A stretch of 64,000 nt of DNA from contig CBFFSA010000004.1 of the NCBI GenBank assembly GCA_965644495.1, positions 310,001-374,000 of the forward strand, written 5' to 3'. The notes under the pieces are model-generated. The model had not been told where the DNA came from and ran no database searches. It worked only from the letters and a program-made list of their open reading frames with translations. Made by a program: the position numbers and the translations under genes. Each line of letters opens with the position of its first letter. Position 1 is the stretch's first letter. Of this stretch, positions 36,343-48,957 are shown piece by piece. This stretch comes from Perkinsela sp. CCAP 1560/9. Lineage: Eukaryota > Protista > Euglenozoa: Kinetoplastea.

Positions 36343-36460
36343 TGAGGGGCTGCGGGTGAAACCTCGCGAAACCTCGGTGAAACCTCGTGAAACCTCAGTG
36401 AAACCTCGTGAAACTTCGGTGAAACCTTGTTGAAACCTCGGTGAAACCTCGTGAAACTCA
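36343..36460. repeat. TGAGGGGCTGCGGGT end followed by gtgaaacctc(g) repeats
   Basis: about 9 units. Confidence 0.8.
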
Positions 36461-37411
36461 GCTAAAATCCCTCAAAGCCATGCCCAAGTGTTTGTCGTCC
36501 AACAACTCAGCAAATAAAATAAAATGGAAATACAGCAATAATCTTTCAAATCTTCAAAACGTATTTCAAAAATCGGTTCTTTCTATCATGTGGTTTTGAA
36601 TGCCTAAGCGCTGTAAATGGAGTTTATACTCCACTGTTGTGTATGGGTATTGCATGGCGATTGGCTTCTGGAAGGGTGGTGCGTTCGAGATTCTGATGAC
36701 AAACTCTCTAGGCTTTATCCAAAATGCAAGGTGGTTTTAAAGCTATAAAGAAGTCAGCAGAGTGCTCTCACTCTCTGCTCATCGAACACGTGAAGCTAAA
36801 TGCACAGCGAGTGGAAGGAAGTAATAGGGACAGTGGAGCATAATGAAGCATATTTGCTCCCTTGCTTTAAAAAATAAACTGTATCAACATGCAGAGAAGA
36901 TGAAACACGCTCGCGAAGAAGGAGAGGAAGCGGATCTCCAACTCAGTGAGGCAAGTGCATCACACCACACGTACCCTTCCGGAAGCATCTGAAGCGCACT
37001 TTTGCCTTTTATTCTACATCACTGCAGTCACTGCCTCACGTGGCACTGCTCTCACTCTCTTCAAGGCTTCTCGTTCGTTACGGCGTTGAAAACATTCGCA
37101 ATTACTGCTTGTCCTTCTCAAAGGAAAGTGATATTCTCTTCGTTGCATTTTCATTCCGTTCTCTTATACAAATTTTGGGTGGGTGTCGGCGATCACCCAT
37201 TCGTTCGTTCATAGCAAGTGAGAAAATAGTGAGATAAATATAGAGTGACTTTTTTTTTCATTTGATTCATGCTTTTATACGTTCACCGTATGCTTATTCT
37301 ATATTACTTTTAAATTAAAAAAAATATTTATATATTTGACCAATTTTTTTTCGGACAATTCTTTTCCGAACGGCACTATAAGTGGGGGGGGCACAGTAGT
37401 TTTGCGAAAAA

Positions 37412-37600
37412 AAGTACTTATCGAAACGACCTCTGTACATGGTACTTTGGATGAATACTCATCAAGACGACCTCTGCACGTGGTACTTTGGATGAATGCT
37501 CATTGAAACGACCTCTGCACATGGTAGTTCGGATGAGTACTCATCGAAACGAATTCTTCACATAGTAGTTTGGAAGAGTATTCGTCGGAACTACCACAAT
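37412..37600. repeat. 39-bp tandem palindromic repeat array related to 416-665
   Basis: tcatcgaaacgacctctgcacatggtactttggatgaRtac x~5. Confidence 0.8.
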
Positions 37601-38820
37601 ACCAATGCCCCGTGATGTTCCATCAGCTGTGGAACCATTTCTTTTGTAATGGCCTTGTGATTTTCTACATGTTCAAAAAGCTTCGCGTCAACTTTTTGAC
37701 CGCAGAGTTACCTCTCACTGTAACTTCGCGGCGCCTCGTGCCCAAGGCTCTGTCAAAAAGGACAATTAAATAAGGGGGGTAGAGGGGTGACAATTGAGTA
37801 AGGGGGTACAGTACCGCATACCTATGTGTTACGCGTAACCACGTAACTGTGTTACGTAACCACGTAACCACTTTTGGGCGACATTTATTATATAAAATCT
37901 AGTTCTTGTTATTGCACCTTTTTCAGCAAAGACCAGGAAACAGTCCGCATTATGAGCACGATACAACGAAAGTGGGTGATAGATAAACGCGAATGTTTCA
38001 TAACTTATTGTAATTAAATGTAATCGATGGATACGTACATGTCATTTGAAATAATCTCTACCTGAGTCTACTTACTTCTAGCTTCCATTCTTTACTTTTC
38101 CTCCACAGATGACATCTCATTGCACTAGGAAGCGCCATCGTAGCTCGTGTTCGAATAGCAACATGCAAGAACAGGGTGACACTCAGCAAGAATCTGAATC
38201 TCCGGTTGCAAATTCTCCTGAAGTAACAAACACGTCGTCATGGCACGAAAATACTTCTTTGCCTCCGGAAACGCTTGCAACGGCACAAGATCCAATCCGA
38301 TACAAATCCAAATAAATCGATTAATTTTTTTTTTTGCAATTAATAAGGGGGGAGAAGTATGAGTCGCGGCATTGCCTCTATATTTTAACCCAGTAGACGA
38401 ACCAAGTAGGTTTATTGGGGGATATACGAGTTGAAAACAAGCAATCAAATTAGCAATTTTACTTTGTTTTTATGTAAATAAAGAAAATTTTTCTCTCTCT
38501 TTCTCCTCTTTCTTTCTCACTTTCTCACCTCTTGACATACTTTACCCACCTTTCTCCCCACCTTTTTTTTTATGAATCGCGACATTGCCTCTATATTTTG
38601 ACCCAGTAGACGAACCAAGTAGGTCCATTGGGGGGGTATACGAGTTGAAAACAAGCAATCAAATTAGCAATTCTTTTTCTTTCCACAGATGTACCTTTTT
38701 TTTCTCAGCCCAAAACTAGCAATTTAATCTCCCCTAAGTATATACTACAAACAAGAAACAGTAAAAATTAAAACAAGCAATCCATGCCCAATCCATTCGC
38801 GCGTTCCGGACCGGGTCTTT

Positions 38821-39025
38821 CGACCTCTCCACGGCCTGACTTGTGAACCCTTCCCTTGTTATATGGGAGGGCGCAGGCGCGGGCCTGTGTCGACAGCGAC
38901 ACGGTCACGAAACAGGATGCTGGCCGACGGGGAGGAGATTCACTACCCGTGTACTACCTCACTTGGGGTACCTAGCCCTGACGGACTAGGCGTGAGCATA
39001 GACTCTGTCGACTCGACCAGCATCC
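38821..39025 (-). ncRNA. conserved multi-pseudoknot structured RNA, copy 2
   Basis: reverse complement matches 20401..20603. Confidence 0.7.
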
Positions 39026-39094
39026 GGGCCAGCGGTATGTGGCCCTGCGCATGGCAGGGCCACAACTCTTTTTTTTTCCTCTCCCCCGAGCCCA

Positions 39095-39733
39095 TTAGCG
39101 CACGCCCCTACGGTACCAGTTTTGTACCGCGGCGTGCGCTATCTGGGCGTTCCCCTTTTGGATGGCTACCCCGATTGCCATGATAAAGTGGCTGAGGCAG
39201 CCATTCTTCTCGCCGGTGGCCTTCCGAGCGACCTGATTTAGAAACTGGAGGGTCCCGGGGCCGGGGACACCGTACGTGGTGAAGGCCAAAGGGAAGAAAT
39301 CCATTTCCCTGGCCCCCGCCATTTCCTCGTGAGTGCGCCTTTTGAGACGCTCTGCCTGCCTCACGGTGAAGGAGGGCTCATCTGCCTCCTTATCCACGTA
39401 GGACGGGGCCAGTGGGTTTACCACCGTCACGTCCACTAGGACTAGTTTCCGCCCCAAAAGGAAACAAATGTCCGGTCCCCGACCGTTATCGAATCTAGGT
39501 TCGACCAGGTCTAGGGAGAATCCGTACTGGATTAATAGGTTGCGGAAAGTTTCCTTGACCCCCTTGTGGCGAGAGGCTTGTGTCTTTCCCCGAACCTTCT
39601 TACAATCCATGGCGTGGACGCAGAACTCCTCATTTTTGAGGGCCGCGCCACACGCACATTGGATTTCTGGTTCGGAGGTGGGGGCCACCATGTACCGGAG
39701 TCTGGCGGCGGTCTCCCATTCGGGATCCCGCAT
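39095..39733 (-). mobile_element. CRE-like C-terminal CCHC + REL endonuclease ORF
   Basis: CxC...H...C, RH, GPDI...VDVTV, K, FFPLAFTTYG, AIQKGNA. Confidence 0.88.
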
Positions 39734-42465
39734 GTAGATATCATTTCATCGGGGCCTCGTTGCCTTCCTAGTTGCACCCACGCTGTTTTAGCAGGGCCTA
39801 CTCCTATTCTTAGGTTCGCGGAGAGGGCTTGTTCCGCTGTATCCTCAATCATACTCTGTAGATCAGCCTTGTTATCTGAAAAGAAAAGGAGATCATCAGC
39901 ATAATTTAGATCCGTAAGACGTGTTTCCCGCAGGCCTCTGCTCTTGGTACCTTTGGATGATAGAAGGATGCCATGGGATTTTGAATCAATAGCTTTGCTT
40001 AATATACGATCCAGAACCATTGCGAAGAGATAGGGAGCGAGGACATCCCCTTGAAGAATGCCGGTTGTAATGGGGAATGTTTCTGTTAAACCATATGGTG
40101 TTCGCACGACCCCTCGCATATTCCGATATACTGACATAATCATTTCTCGCAATTTCGGTCCAATGTGAAACGCCACTAGGGATGCATGAATGGCACTAAA
40201 TGAAACGGATGGAAAAGCTTTCGCAAAATCTACAAAACCAATGCACATCCCGTTTCCTCTTAATGCTTTTACTCGTGCTTCGTTGAGAATCGCCTGGGCT
40301 TGCATTGTCGAACGGTCAGGTCTGAATCCATATTGATTATGGCGAAGCACAGGCTCTACATACGGACGAATTCGTTGTAATATTAAACAGTTCATAAGTT
40401 TAACAACACAATTTACTAAGCATATGGGCCTCCAATTCTTTAAAAGAGTCAAGTCACCTTTCTTCGGTATCGGAACTTGTAGGACGTCACCCCAAACTTC
40501 CGGAGCCAATCCCGTATCGTAAACGTGGTTGATAATGCTGAGCAACCACTTTCTAAGATAATCATTATCAACGATGCACGCAAAAGCCTCCATGGGGATT
40601 TCATCCTTTCCCGGTGCCTTACCCCCCCCAAAGTGTGAAATTCCGCTTCGAAGCTCTTCCTCAGTGAAAGGGGCGTCCTCAAGTGTGTTTGTTGGAAGAT
40701 TCGTCTCTAAGAATCTTATATTGTCGTCGCCCCCTGTGTCTCCAGCAAAAGCTTCAAAAAACGTTTTTATCTCCGCCAGCCTCTGTCTGTTTGAGGTCCC
40801 CGGTATGTTGAAGTCTGCTCGATCAACTCCACATATTTCTTTTACTGCTCTCCATGGGCTGGCGTGATTTTTCTTCAGCTTAGATTCTAGGACTTCACAA
40901 GACCTAGTTATAGCATCCTCGATTGCTCCCCTGTTGTGTGATACTAGTTCATTAAAGTCCTTATGCCTTCTGCTTTGCATGAAAATGTTGCGTAGGTTAT
41001 CTGTTTCAGCACCTTGCAATCCTTCAACAGGTGCCTGTATATCAAGAGATATTTTTGTGATTGGTTTCGGAATTTCCTTTCCCGAAGATCGAAGGCAAGA
41101 GGCAAGAAGATCCCAGGAAGGAAGATCTTCTGTATGCAGTTGCGCTGCGACCTGTTCACAAATTCTGTTGTTAAACTTATCTGCATGTTCTGGGTTTGAT
41201 AATTGAAACCAGTGTATTTTCGATCTTTTGATGTTGGACGATATCTTCCATTTGATTCGAATCTCTGCTCGCACAAGAAAGTGCACTGTCGGCGTAGGAG
41301 CGGCAAAAACTTGATGATGTCGCAGAGCGGATGCAAAGCGTGAGCACACTGCAATGTGATCCAACTGGCGTTTAGCATCATTAGGCAATATGCATGTCCA
41401 TACTCGCTTGCTAGGGCATAAGGAGTGTCCTGATTTGCAATCTATCCCTTCCAAAAGCCCCTTCAACCTTTCAACAGCAAGTTCGTCTTCTTCTGTCGTT
41501 TTGCTGAAAGTGAGAGGTGCATTTAAGTCCCCAAGTAGAAGTGCGGGTCTTCGAGGGGCTTTGCCTACTGCTTCGTGAAACGCGTTTGTCAAAGAAATAT
41601 CAAACTCTTGTTTGGCCTCCTCTGGGGAGTCACGCGTCGGCCCATATGCGTTGAGCATAAAGGCTGACCCTCCTTCGATGTTGAACTCGCCGGCCATTAT
41701 CCTATCATTTACTTTCCACGCTTTTATTGGCTCTTGCGTGATGAACCCCATACCGTTATACCCGTTCACTGCAGACATAAGGTAGACGAAAAAGATTTTA
41801 TTCCCGTGTCGAAGCTTGCGCTTTAAAATATCAAATCCTTCGCCAGAAGTAAAAGTAAACCTTGTCTCCTGGAGAGCCAGTATATGCAAGTTGGTTTGTG
41901 CCATGTATCGCACAATCTCGTGCAATCGAGCAGAAGCTTTCAGTTTGAAAACGTCGTCACCTTCAAGTTTCAATGATGTCGTATTAAGAGTGCCTACAGC
42001 CAGACACTTCTTCACAGCAGACCCTTTCGGGTCGTCGTCGCGTAGGGCATGCTTGCCACACAGTACCCTAGTTTTCCGTGCTTTTCTACGGTTGTTCGAA
42101 CGCCCAGGTTTTCGAATGCGTGCTCCGCATAACACGATTCGCGAATCATACGGCGGAAAGGGAAGCGTTTCCGATCGCTGGTGGTACTTTACCCGCCAGC
42201 GACCTAGCTGAAAGAGGAAACCAGGTCCTCGTTGAGTTACAGTGCCCTTCCAAATCCGAAACTCCGCACTGCTCGCGTATCTCCAGCAGAGTGCGATGTT
42301 GTAACCTGGGCGAAGAATTTTACTAATGCTCATCACTGCACGGGAGCGAAGTTTAGCATGCCCGTCTGACCCCAACATCGGGTCAAACAGAGCACCCCGA
42401 CCTAACGTGGACCTAACCAGAAGGTTAATAATTCCTAGCTGTGCAGGCCCTGACGCCTCCGCCAT
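39734..42465 (-). mobile_element. APE endonuclease + reverse transcriptase of a non-LTR retrotransposon (RTE/ingi-like), 3' truncated
   Basis: GTLN, LQETR, AYGPT, GDLNA, LDHI; KAPGKD, PKKGD, WRPI, QYGFRP, DFAKAF, QGDVLAP, YADD. Confidence 0.93.
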
Positions 42466-42542
42466 ATTTTTGAAAATGTTCAAAAAAGCAAAGGTCTTCA
42501 AAAAAACAAAGGTCTTCAAAAAAACAAAGGTCGGCAGTGTAT

Positions 42543-42665
42543 AATTTTCTTTTTTAGGCTCTTCGTTAAACGCGGTGGTTGCTTTCAACTTAGAAGTCAC
42601 TCATGCTGCGCGCTTCGCGTTGAAAACTACCGCCGCGTTTAACGAAGAGCCTAAAAAAGAAAATT
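42543..42665. repeat. ~120-bp palindromic mini-element
   Basis: aattttcttttttaggctcttcgttaaacgcgg and its inverse. Confidence 0.8.
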
Positions 42666-44573
42666 TAGCCTGGAAAACGGAAAGATTATAGCCAAAAATA
42701 GCCGAATTTCGGGTACAAATGGGGTCATTTTCGCATATTTTTGCTCTCAGAGCACTAAATCCGACATTTGCGCGTGGGAAATCACTCGCAGGCATGAATG
42801 AAAGCCTACCGAACGTATTGGGTAGAGAATACGACTCCAACCATACCATTCTTTCGACACAAAAATGCCCCTTTAGGTCCGAAAAATACTTTTTCACCTT
42901 TTTTAGTCAAAAGTGGGTCATTTTGAGGGCCGCACCACAGTTCGAAGAAGTGATACCTTGCGAAAACAACTGCGTAGAAAGCTAGTGTAGGTCCCAAACT
43001 ATCAAAATACAATAGGGGAAACGATTTTGGAAAAATATTTTTTTTGTCATTTTTTTCGCCAAGTTGAATTTTTTTTCGAAAAAATTTTTCCGAAAAAATC
43101 CGAACTTGGCGGACCCGTCCTGCGGATACGCGGGGGGGTCACCCCCGGGTAGGGGGGTGGAAAATGCGCGCCAAGACCCCGGCTACCCTTTCTGCGGTTT
43201 TTTTTCGAAAACTAATTTTTTCGAAAAAAATTGATCGACCATGCCCCCCCCCCTGGACCCCCCATTTTTTTCAAAAAAATTTTTCAGTTTTGGACCACCG
43301 GAGCCCCCTTTTATATTTTTTTCTTCTATTATATTACTGTGTTCCTCTTTATATTTTCACTGTTTTTGTTCACTTTTTTTTCAATAATCGAGTGTAGAGC
43401 GGTAGTTTTACAACCACCGCAATTATAGTTATAAAAAATAATGAAAGAAAATGGTAGTTGGTAGGCGTCAGTATCATCAGCGGAGGGGGTGCAGACGGTA
43501 CCTGTAGCTCGCTGTCGAACGGTGGCAACCAATGGCGACCGGTTGCGAACGCTGTAGGTAATTTTTCGAAGATCGAAGGGTTTACCGATTCATTGGAAGA
43601 TCAGTCGGACAGGGGGTGACGTGTGAGAGATAACTAGGGAGGAGGTACAGTACTTCGCTTGTATAGTTACTTATGCCCGCAAATGACCACATCACGGAGT
43701 AAGTGCCTTTTTTGCGATCACCCGATCAATTGTAGGAAAAGAAGGGACTTTTAACAGCATGGGTCCGAAATAGTGTATAAATTAAAGTTTAGTTTATCAT
43801 GAACTTGTAGTGCAGTTACCGACGTTATCTTTACCCGCCCCACATCTAGGCGGTGCCGCACGCTGGTGCACTGATCATTTCAAAAGCGTACAGTACGTGG
43901 CAGGAGAGTTCCTCTGATGTACAGTACAGTATAGCATGCAAAGACTCGCCGTACAGATCGGTGGAGGTCAGTGTGGATCGGAGGAGATCGCTGGAGATCA
44001 TTTTTGAACGCCCAAAGGGACTACCTGCAGACTCTCCATTTCAACAGCGGCGAAAATTGGTACAAAAATTCGTACCACAAAAAAAAATCGCGCCGCTTTG
44101 CGCCGCTGTTCTTCTGAACGATGCGTCAAAATTGCGCTTAAGTGGCCGGGTCAAACGGTTGCGCATAAGTAGAGGGGGACAGTATAACAAAAATGAAAAT
44201 TTATAATTATATTTATAAAAATTAATGAGAGAGGGTAGGTAGAAAGACGTGATATACAACACTTTAGCTGATAGGATGAACCAATTTGTTTCACTGTAAG
44301 GATAGATTGCGGGTAAACGAAGATGATAATTATGAGATGTTAACGATAAATATTTGCTTAAGCACCCATAGAGTAATGAAGGGAGGACTAAGGTACGAAA
44401 GGCAGATCTGCACTTTCTGGAGAAAATTCTTCCTGTCCCTTCGTCTCCACAAACGTGATTATACGCCAATTTCTACGAATTTCTTCTTGATCAGCGATGC
44501 GCTGCGGGGAAAAATAAAAGCCAAGTCCGCTGTCCGAGGTGAGGTCCAAATGTTTCGGGGACATAGAAATAAT

Positions 44574-44953
44574 GTAAACGGGGGTCCGGTTTGCATACCT
44601 GTGACCTGGTACCATACCTGGGGAGGGGTATGGTATCGTGACCCAGGGTCGATAGCATACCCCTCCCCCCCTGGTTTTCCAGGCAGACAACATGTGATGT
44701 CGACTTCTTGTTCGAGGTGGCCCACGTGGATCATAACCCTACAGAGCATTATTCGTTTGTTTTCTTTACTATTTATCGCGTTTTTTCACTTCTATGACTT
44801 TTACTGGTGATATTATTAACATCCACTGGTAACATTTGCTAGTAATCACTTTTTTACAAATTTAGCCAAACAACTTAGCATACCTGTGACCTGCTACCAT
44901 ACCTGTGACCTCGTACCTTACCGGGGGATATGTTGAACCGGACCCCCGTTTAC
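44574..44953. mobile_element. MITE with GTAAACGGGGGTCCGGTT TIRs and atacctgtgacc subterminal repeats
   Basis: 18-bp TIR pair. Confidence 0.75.
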
Positions 44954-45250
44954 TTCAGAAAAAATTGAAAGGGTATGACTCTGAACGAAATTATAAATTT
45001 TTGCAAAAGAATACCAAAGGTCATTTATAAAAATTAATGAGAGGGGGACCAGTTGCCTCCCCTCTAAAACAGTATTTCTTTGTACTTCATATCTTTAATT
45101 TTACCTCATTGGACCCAGTTCACGAACACACTCTAATGACCATTAGAATTTTATTCTAATTCATCACCATTAGTACTCTAATCCCATTTACTTTAATATT
45201 TTTTGTATATCACATACAACCTCCCCTCCCTCTCACTACCCCCCCTCCTC

Positions 45251-45961
45251 TCACACCTCCCCTCCCTGCCCCGACACCTTAATCCACTTTGGAAGCCTCT
45301 CCCTGTCCTCCACACCAAACCCGGAGAACCGGTTCCGGTCCAACGCCACCTCCACCATACAGGGAGGCAGTGCCGTGACATCCGCAATCCCGGAGAATTG
45401 GTTGTCGGACAAGTACAACATCCGCATCCCCGCCGGGAGCTTGGTTAACTCCACCTCCCCACCCAGGCGGTTCTTTCGCAGGGAAAGCAGCCGAAGCCCC
45501 GGGGGGAGTGCGGTGAGCCCCACGCCCCCGTAGTACACGTTATCCGCGAGCACGACTCGGGTCACGGAGCGTGGGAGCTGGGTGAGATCGAGCGTGTCGG
45601 ATATCACGTTGTAGGAGAGGTTCAAAACCTCCAGGGCGGGGGGGAGGGCGGTGAGGGCGTGGAACCCAGCCAGGTGGTTGCGTGAGAGGTTGAGGCTTTG
45701 CAGGGTGGGGGGGAGGGAGGGGGTGGTGAGGGTGCCGGAGAGTTTGCGGTACCCCCAGTGGAGGTGGGTGACGCGGAGGTTCTCGTTGCAGTGGACCCCG
45801 GCCCATGTACAGGCGGGGGTTTCGGAGGTCCAGGTGGGTTCGGAGTGGGTGAGGGAGGTGATGGCGCGCTCCAGGAGGAGTTCCGGGGGGAGGGTGGCGT
45901 GGGAGACTTTGGCGGGACGGCGGGGTGGGGGGGTGTCACGGCAGGGGGAGGAAAGGATCAT
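45251..45961 (-). CDS. leucine-rich repeat protein (GC-rich member)
   Basis: CTWAGVHC cap and about 6 LRRs. Confidence 0.9.
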   Translation of the reverse strand: MILSSPCRDTPPPRRPAKVSHATLPPELLLERAITSLTHSEPTWTSETPACTWAGVHCNENLRVTHLHWGYRKLSGTLTTPSLPPTLQSLNLSRNHLAGFHALTALPPALEVLNLSYNVISDTLDLTQLPRSVTRVVLADNVYYGGVGLTALPPGLRLLSLRKNRLGGEVELTKLPAGMRMLYLSDNQFSGIADVTALPPCMVEVALDRNRFSGFGVEDRERLPKWIKVSGQGGEV

Positions 45962-47697
45962 TTGTGGTTCGTAAAGTATTATGTCGGATGGGTAAAGTCA
46001 GTGTAGATAGGGGGCGGCGAAGTGAAGTTCAAGAAATCGGAAGGGGGGAGTAAAACGAAAAGATTGGATGTATTTTTGAGTCCTCTAGGTATCCACTTAG
46101 AATCGACAACTTAGAATACAATGTATTCTACTAACTTTTGCAACAGATCAATAATTTTTTCCTTAGACGTTTCTCTATATCTATCTTTAGCTTTGTTTTT
46201 CAATGCCCAAGAGCATCTCCTCGCGGAAGTCGAATCTGAACTTTTTTCTCCCAGGGGCACATTGCGAAGAGAAAAATCGCAAAATAAAAATCATGATGAA
46301 CTATTGAGCACCTTTGGTAAGGAGCATCGAATCGTTCTACAACAAATTCTTGATCAATATAATGCGGCCATTGTTACTCTGTTTAGTGAATCTGCTAACT
46401 TACTTATTTTGGGATCAGTTGATCTTTTGCTTGCGGAAGAGATTGAAACCCGAGGCAATCTGGTTCTTGAAAGCAGTGTTAGCTAGTGTAAAATCCAGTT
46501 ATTATTATTTTCAGACTCATTTGCAACGACCGAATCAGGACCAGTGTTTAATGTCAACGGAGAGTTGACTTTCCGCGTAAATGTTTTATGGAATATGCTT
46601 CCGCAGCCTTTGGTACAACAAAATTTGCAGCGCACGAAGCAACTTCCAACATGCTTAAGAATTGCTGTTTGTGATGCAATCGACCGGCTGGCATCTACTG
46701 TGTCCAGTTCCCTAGAGAAAAGGGTTCGGGAAAATATGTTCCTAATTTTCGATAAAATTAAAAAGAGATTAAATTATTGTTTACTTCTAATGCGGATCAG
46801 CTGTCTTATTAAAACATTCGTAGTTGGCATCATATTCGCCAAGACAAAGGCATCCAAGGCTTAACTCCATTAACTGGGTCGAACGCAAGGCCTTCACTCA
46901 AGAATCACTTTACGTCCTTCATAAAAAGGCTTGTCGAAAAATGTCACTTTTTTGGCATTCCTGTGAGCAAGGCATACTTCTGGAGGATGGTTTGTGAATC
47001 GATTCTTGCCCCTGCAAATGAAACGTCTGATTTGATTGAGCTTGTTGAGGAAATCAAAAAGGATCAAGGAGAAAAACAAGAATTATGGACACCACTTTTC
47101 TCCGGTGGTTGTAAGAATTTGACGTTGTTCTCAAATCAGCTAAAAGAACTGAGCAGTCTCTTCCACTTGATTGGGAAAATCAGGGGCGTGATATGCTCCT
47201 TCGTATGGTTTATCACATTTTGTATGCCCAACATGGAATAACTGAAGAGGATATAATTGTCAACATCGACGAAACTGGCATTGCGTACAACAAGCTCGCC
47301 GAACTTGGAGTCGGTTACAAAGGTCAAAAAACTTAGCTCTAGGAGATTATCTTCTATCTACGTCTATCTTAGATAGACGTAGTTGCACGCTTTTGGCCGG
47401 TATAACTCTGTCACGTTCCCTACTTTGTCCCTTCGTTGTCTGAAATAGCAAGGAGACATCTTGCAAAGTGAGTGTAGATAGGGAGCGACGAAGTGAAGTA
47501 AGTAAAGGGAAGCAGGAGGGAGCCCCCCTCTTCGCAGGAGGGTCCGACAAGATAAAAATTGTACCATTGTTTTAGGTGATCCAAAATGTTTCCAAACTGA
47601 TCAAGAACTAAACACATATTCATCTTTCTGTACTCAAAATGTACCCAAAAATAGCAATTTTTAGATTTTTAGTCTGGATAGTAAAAATAAGGACATA

Positions 47698-47875
47698 CTG
47701 TCCCCCCCGTTTAAGCGCACTTCGTTTTCCGTGAAAAGTGCGCTTAAACGGGGGGGTCTGAATCACTACATAAAAAAAAATTGGCGCCGCTTCGCGGCGC
47801 CGGTCTCTTCCCTTCAACTCTATGTGCGCTTAAACGGGGTGTTAAAACGGGTGCGCTTAAGGGGAGGGGGGACAG
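47698..47875. mobile_element. pogo-type MITE
   Basis: TA-CTGTCCCCCC..TTAAGCGCAC TIRs. Confidence 0.8.
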
Positions 47876-47987
47876 TACAATATTTCTGTTCTGAGATATT
47901 TGTGTGTTGGGCATTTTATGGCAGAAAGCTTTATGGCTTGATCGTTTTTCTACGTATCCGATATGAAAGAAATCAAAAGAAAGCGAA

Positions 47988-48733
47988 TCACACTTCAACC
48001 AGAATATTGGTACCATTGAGGTATAAAACTAGTTTGGGAACCTTCTTTCGATGAACCGTCCCCGAAAGGCCTATGTTATTTTCTAGCTGCAATGTTGCCA
48101 AATGCCTCGGAAGAGAGTCAAAGTCCGCCGTTCCAGTGAATTTGTTAAAAGACATCGCAAGAGTTTTTAATTGCCCCGGGAGGTATTGCAACACCAGGGT
48201 ACCGGTAAATAAATTGTGGCAAAGAAATAAACTTTTGAGTGAGTAGGTCAGTTGCGTCAGGCAAATTTCTCCGACGAGCTGATTATTGTTGACTGAAAGA
48301 GTCTCCATACTCGCGGACAAGGCTGTAAGATCGAGTGTCCCTGTAAAGTCGTTTCGTTGGAGGTTTAATCGAGCCAATGAAGGAGGGAGATGGTTGAGCC
48401 ACAGCTCTCCTGTCAGCAAGTTTCGATCCACCCGAACCGTGGTCATCCAGGGTGAGTCAGGGAGAAATCGTAACCTCAGCCTACCCCTCATTTTGCGTTC
48501 ATTCCACTTGATATCTGAAACCAAATTCCGATCGTTACAGGAAACCCCGTCCCACGCACAGGCTGGTGTTTCTTTGTTCCAAGACCAGTGTGGATTAGTG
48601 ACGTCTTGGATGAGATGTACAGTTCTTGCGGGCGTGCTACCCCTCGTACTTTACGGAGGCTACCGGTGTCTTCACTTGTAACCGTGTTACATGAGAGTTG
48701 ATAAACATCAAGAACAGGGAACGACCTCATCAT
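47988..48733 (-). pseudogene. frameshifted LRR gene
   Basis: N-terminus (EDTGSLRKVRG..PQE) is in one frame; NPHWSW..CAWDGVSC plus LRRs are in another; shift near 48615. Confidence 0.8.
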
Positions 48734-48957
48734 TTTAGTTAATATTAATTTAGAAAGAGGGTCTGAAAAGGACGTGCGTAACATATTAGTATTCATTTCG
48801 TACTCACCAGACGCGTTTCTCATATTGATTAGTCATAAGGTTTCTCCAACCGTTTCATCCACGGTAACCAAATTACTCAGCCTCACGCCCAACCTCCCTA
48901 CCCGAACCTCAACTCAAAAGCACACACACACACACACACACACCCTCCCCCCAACCC

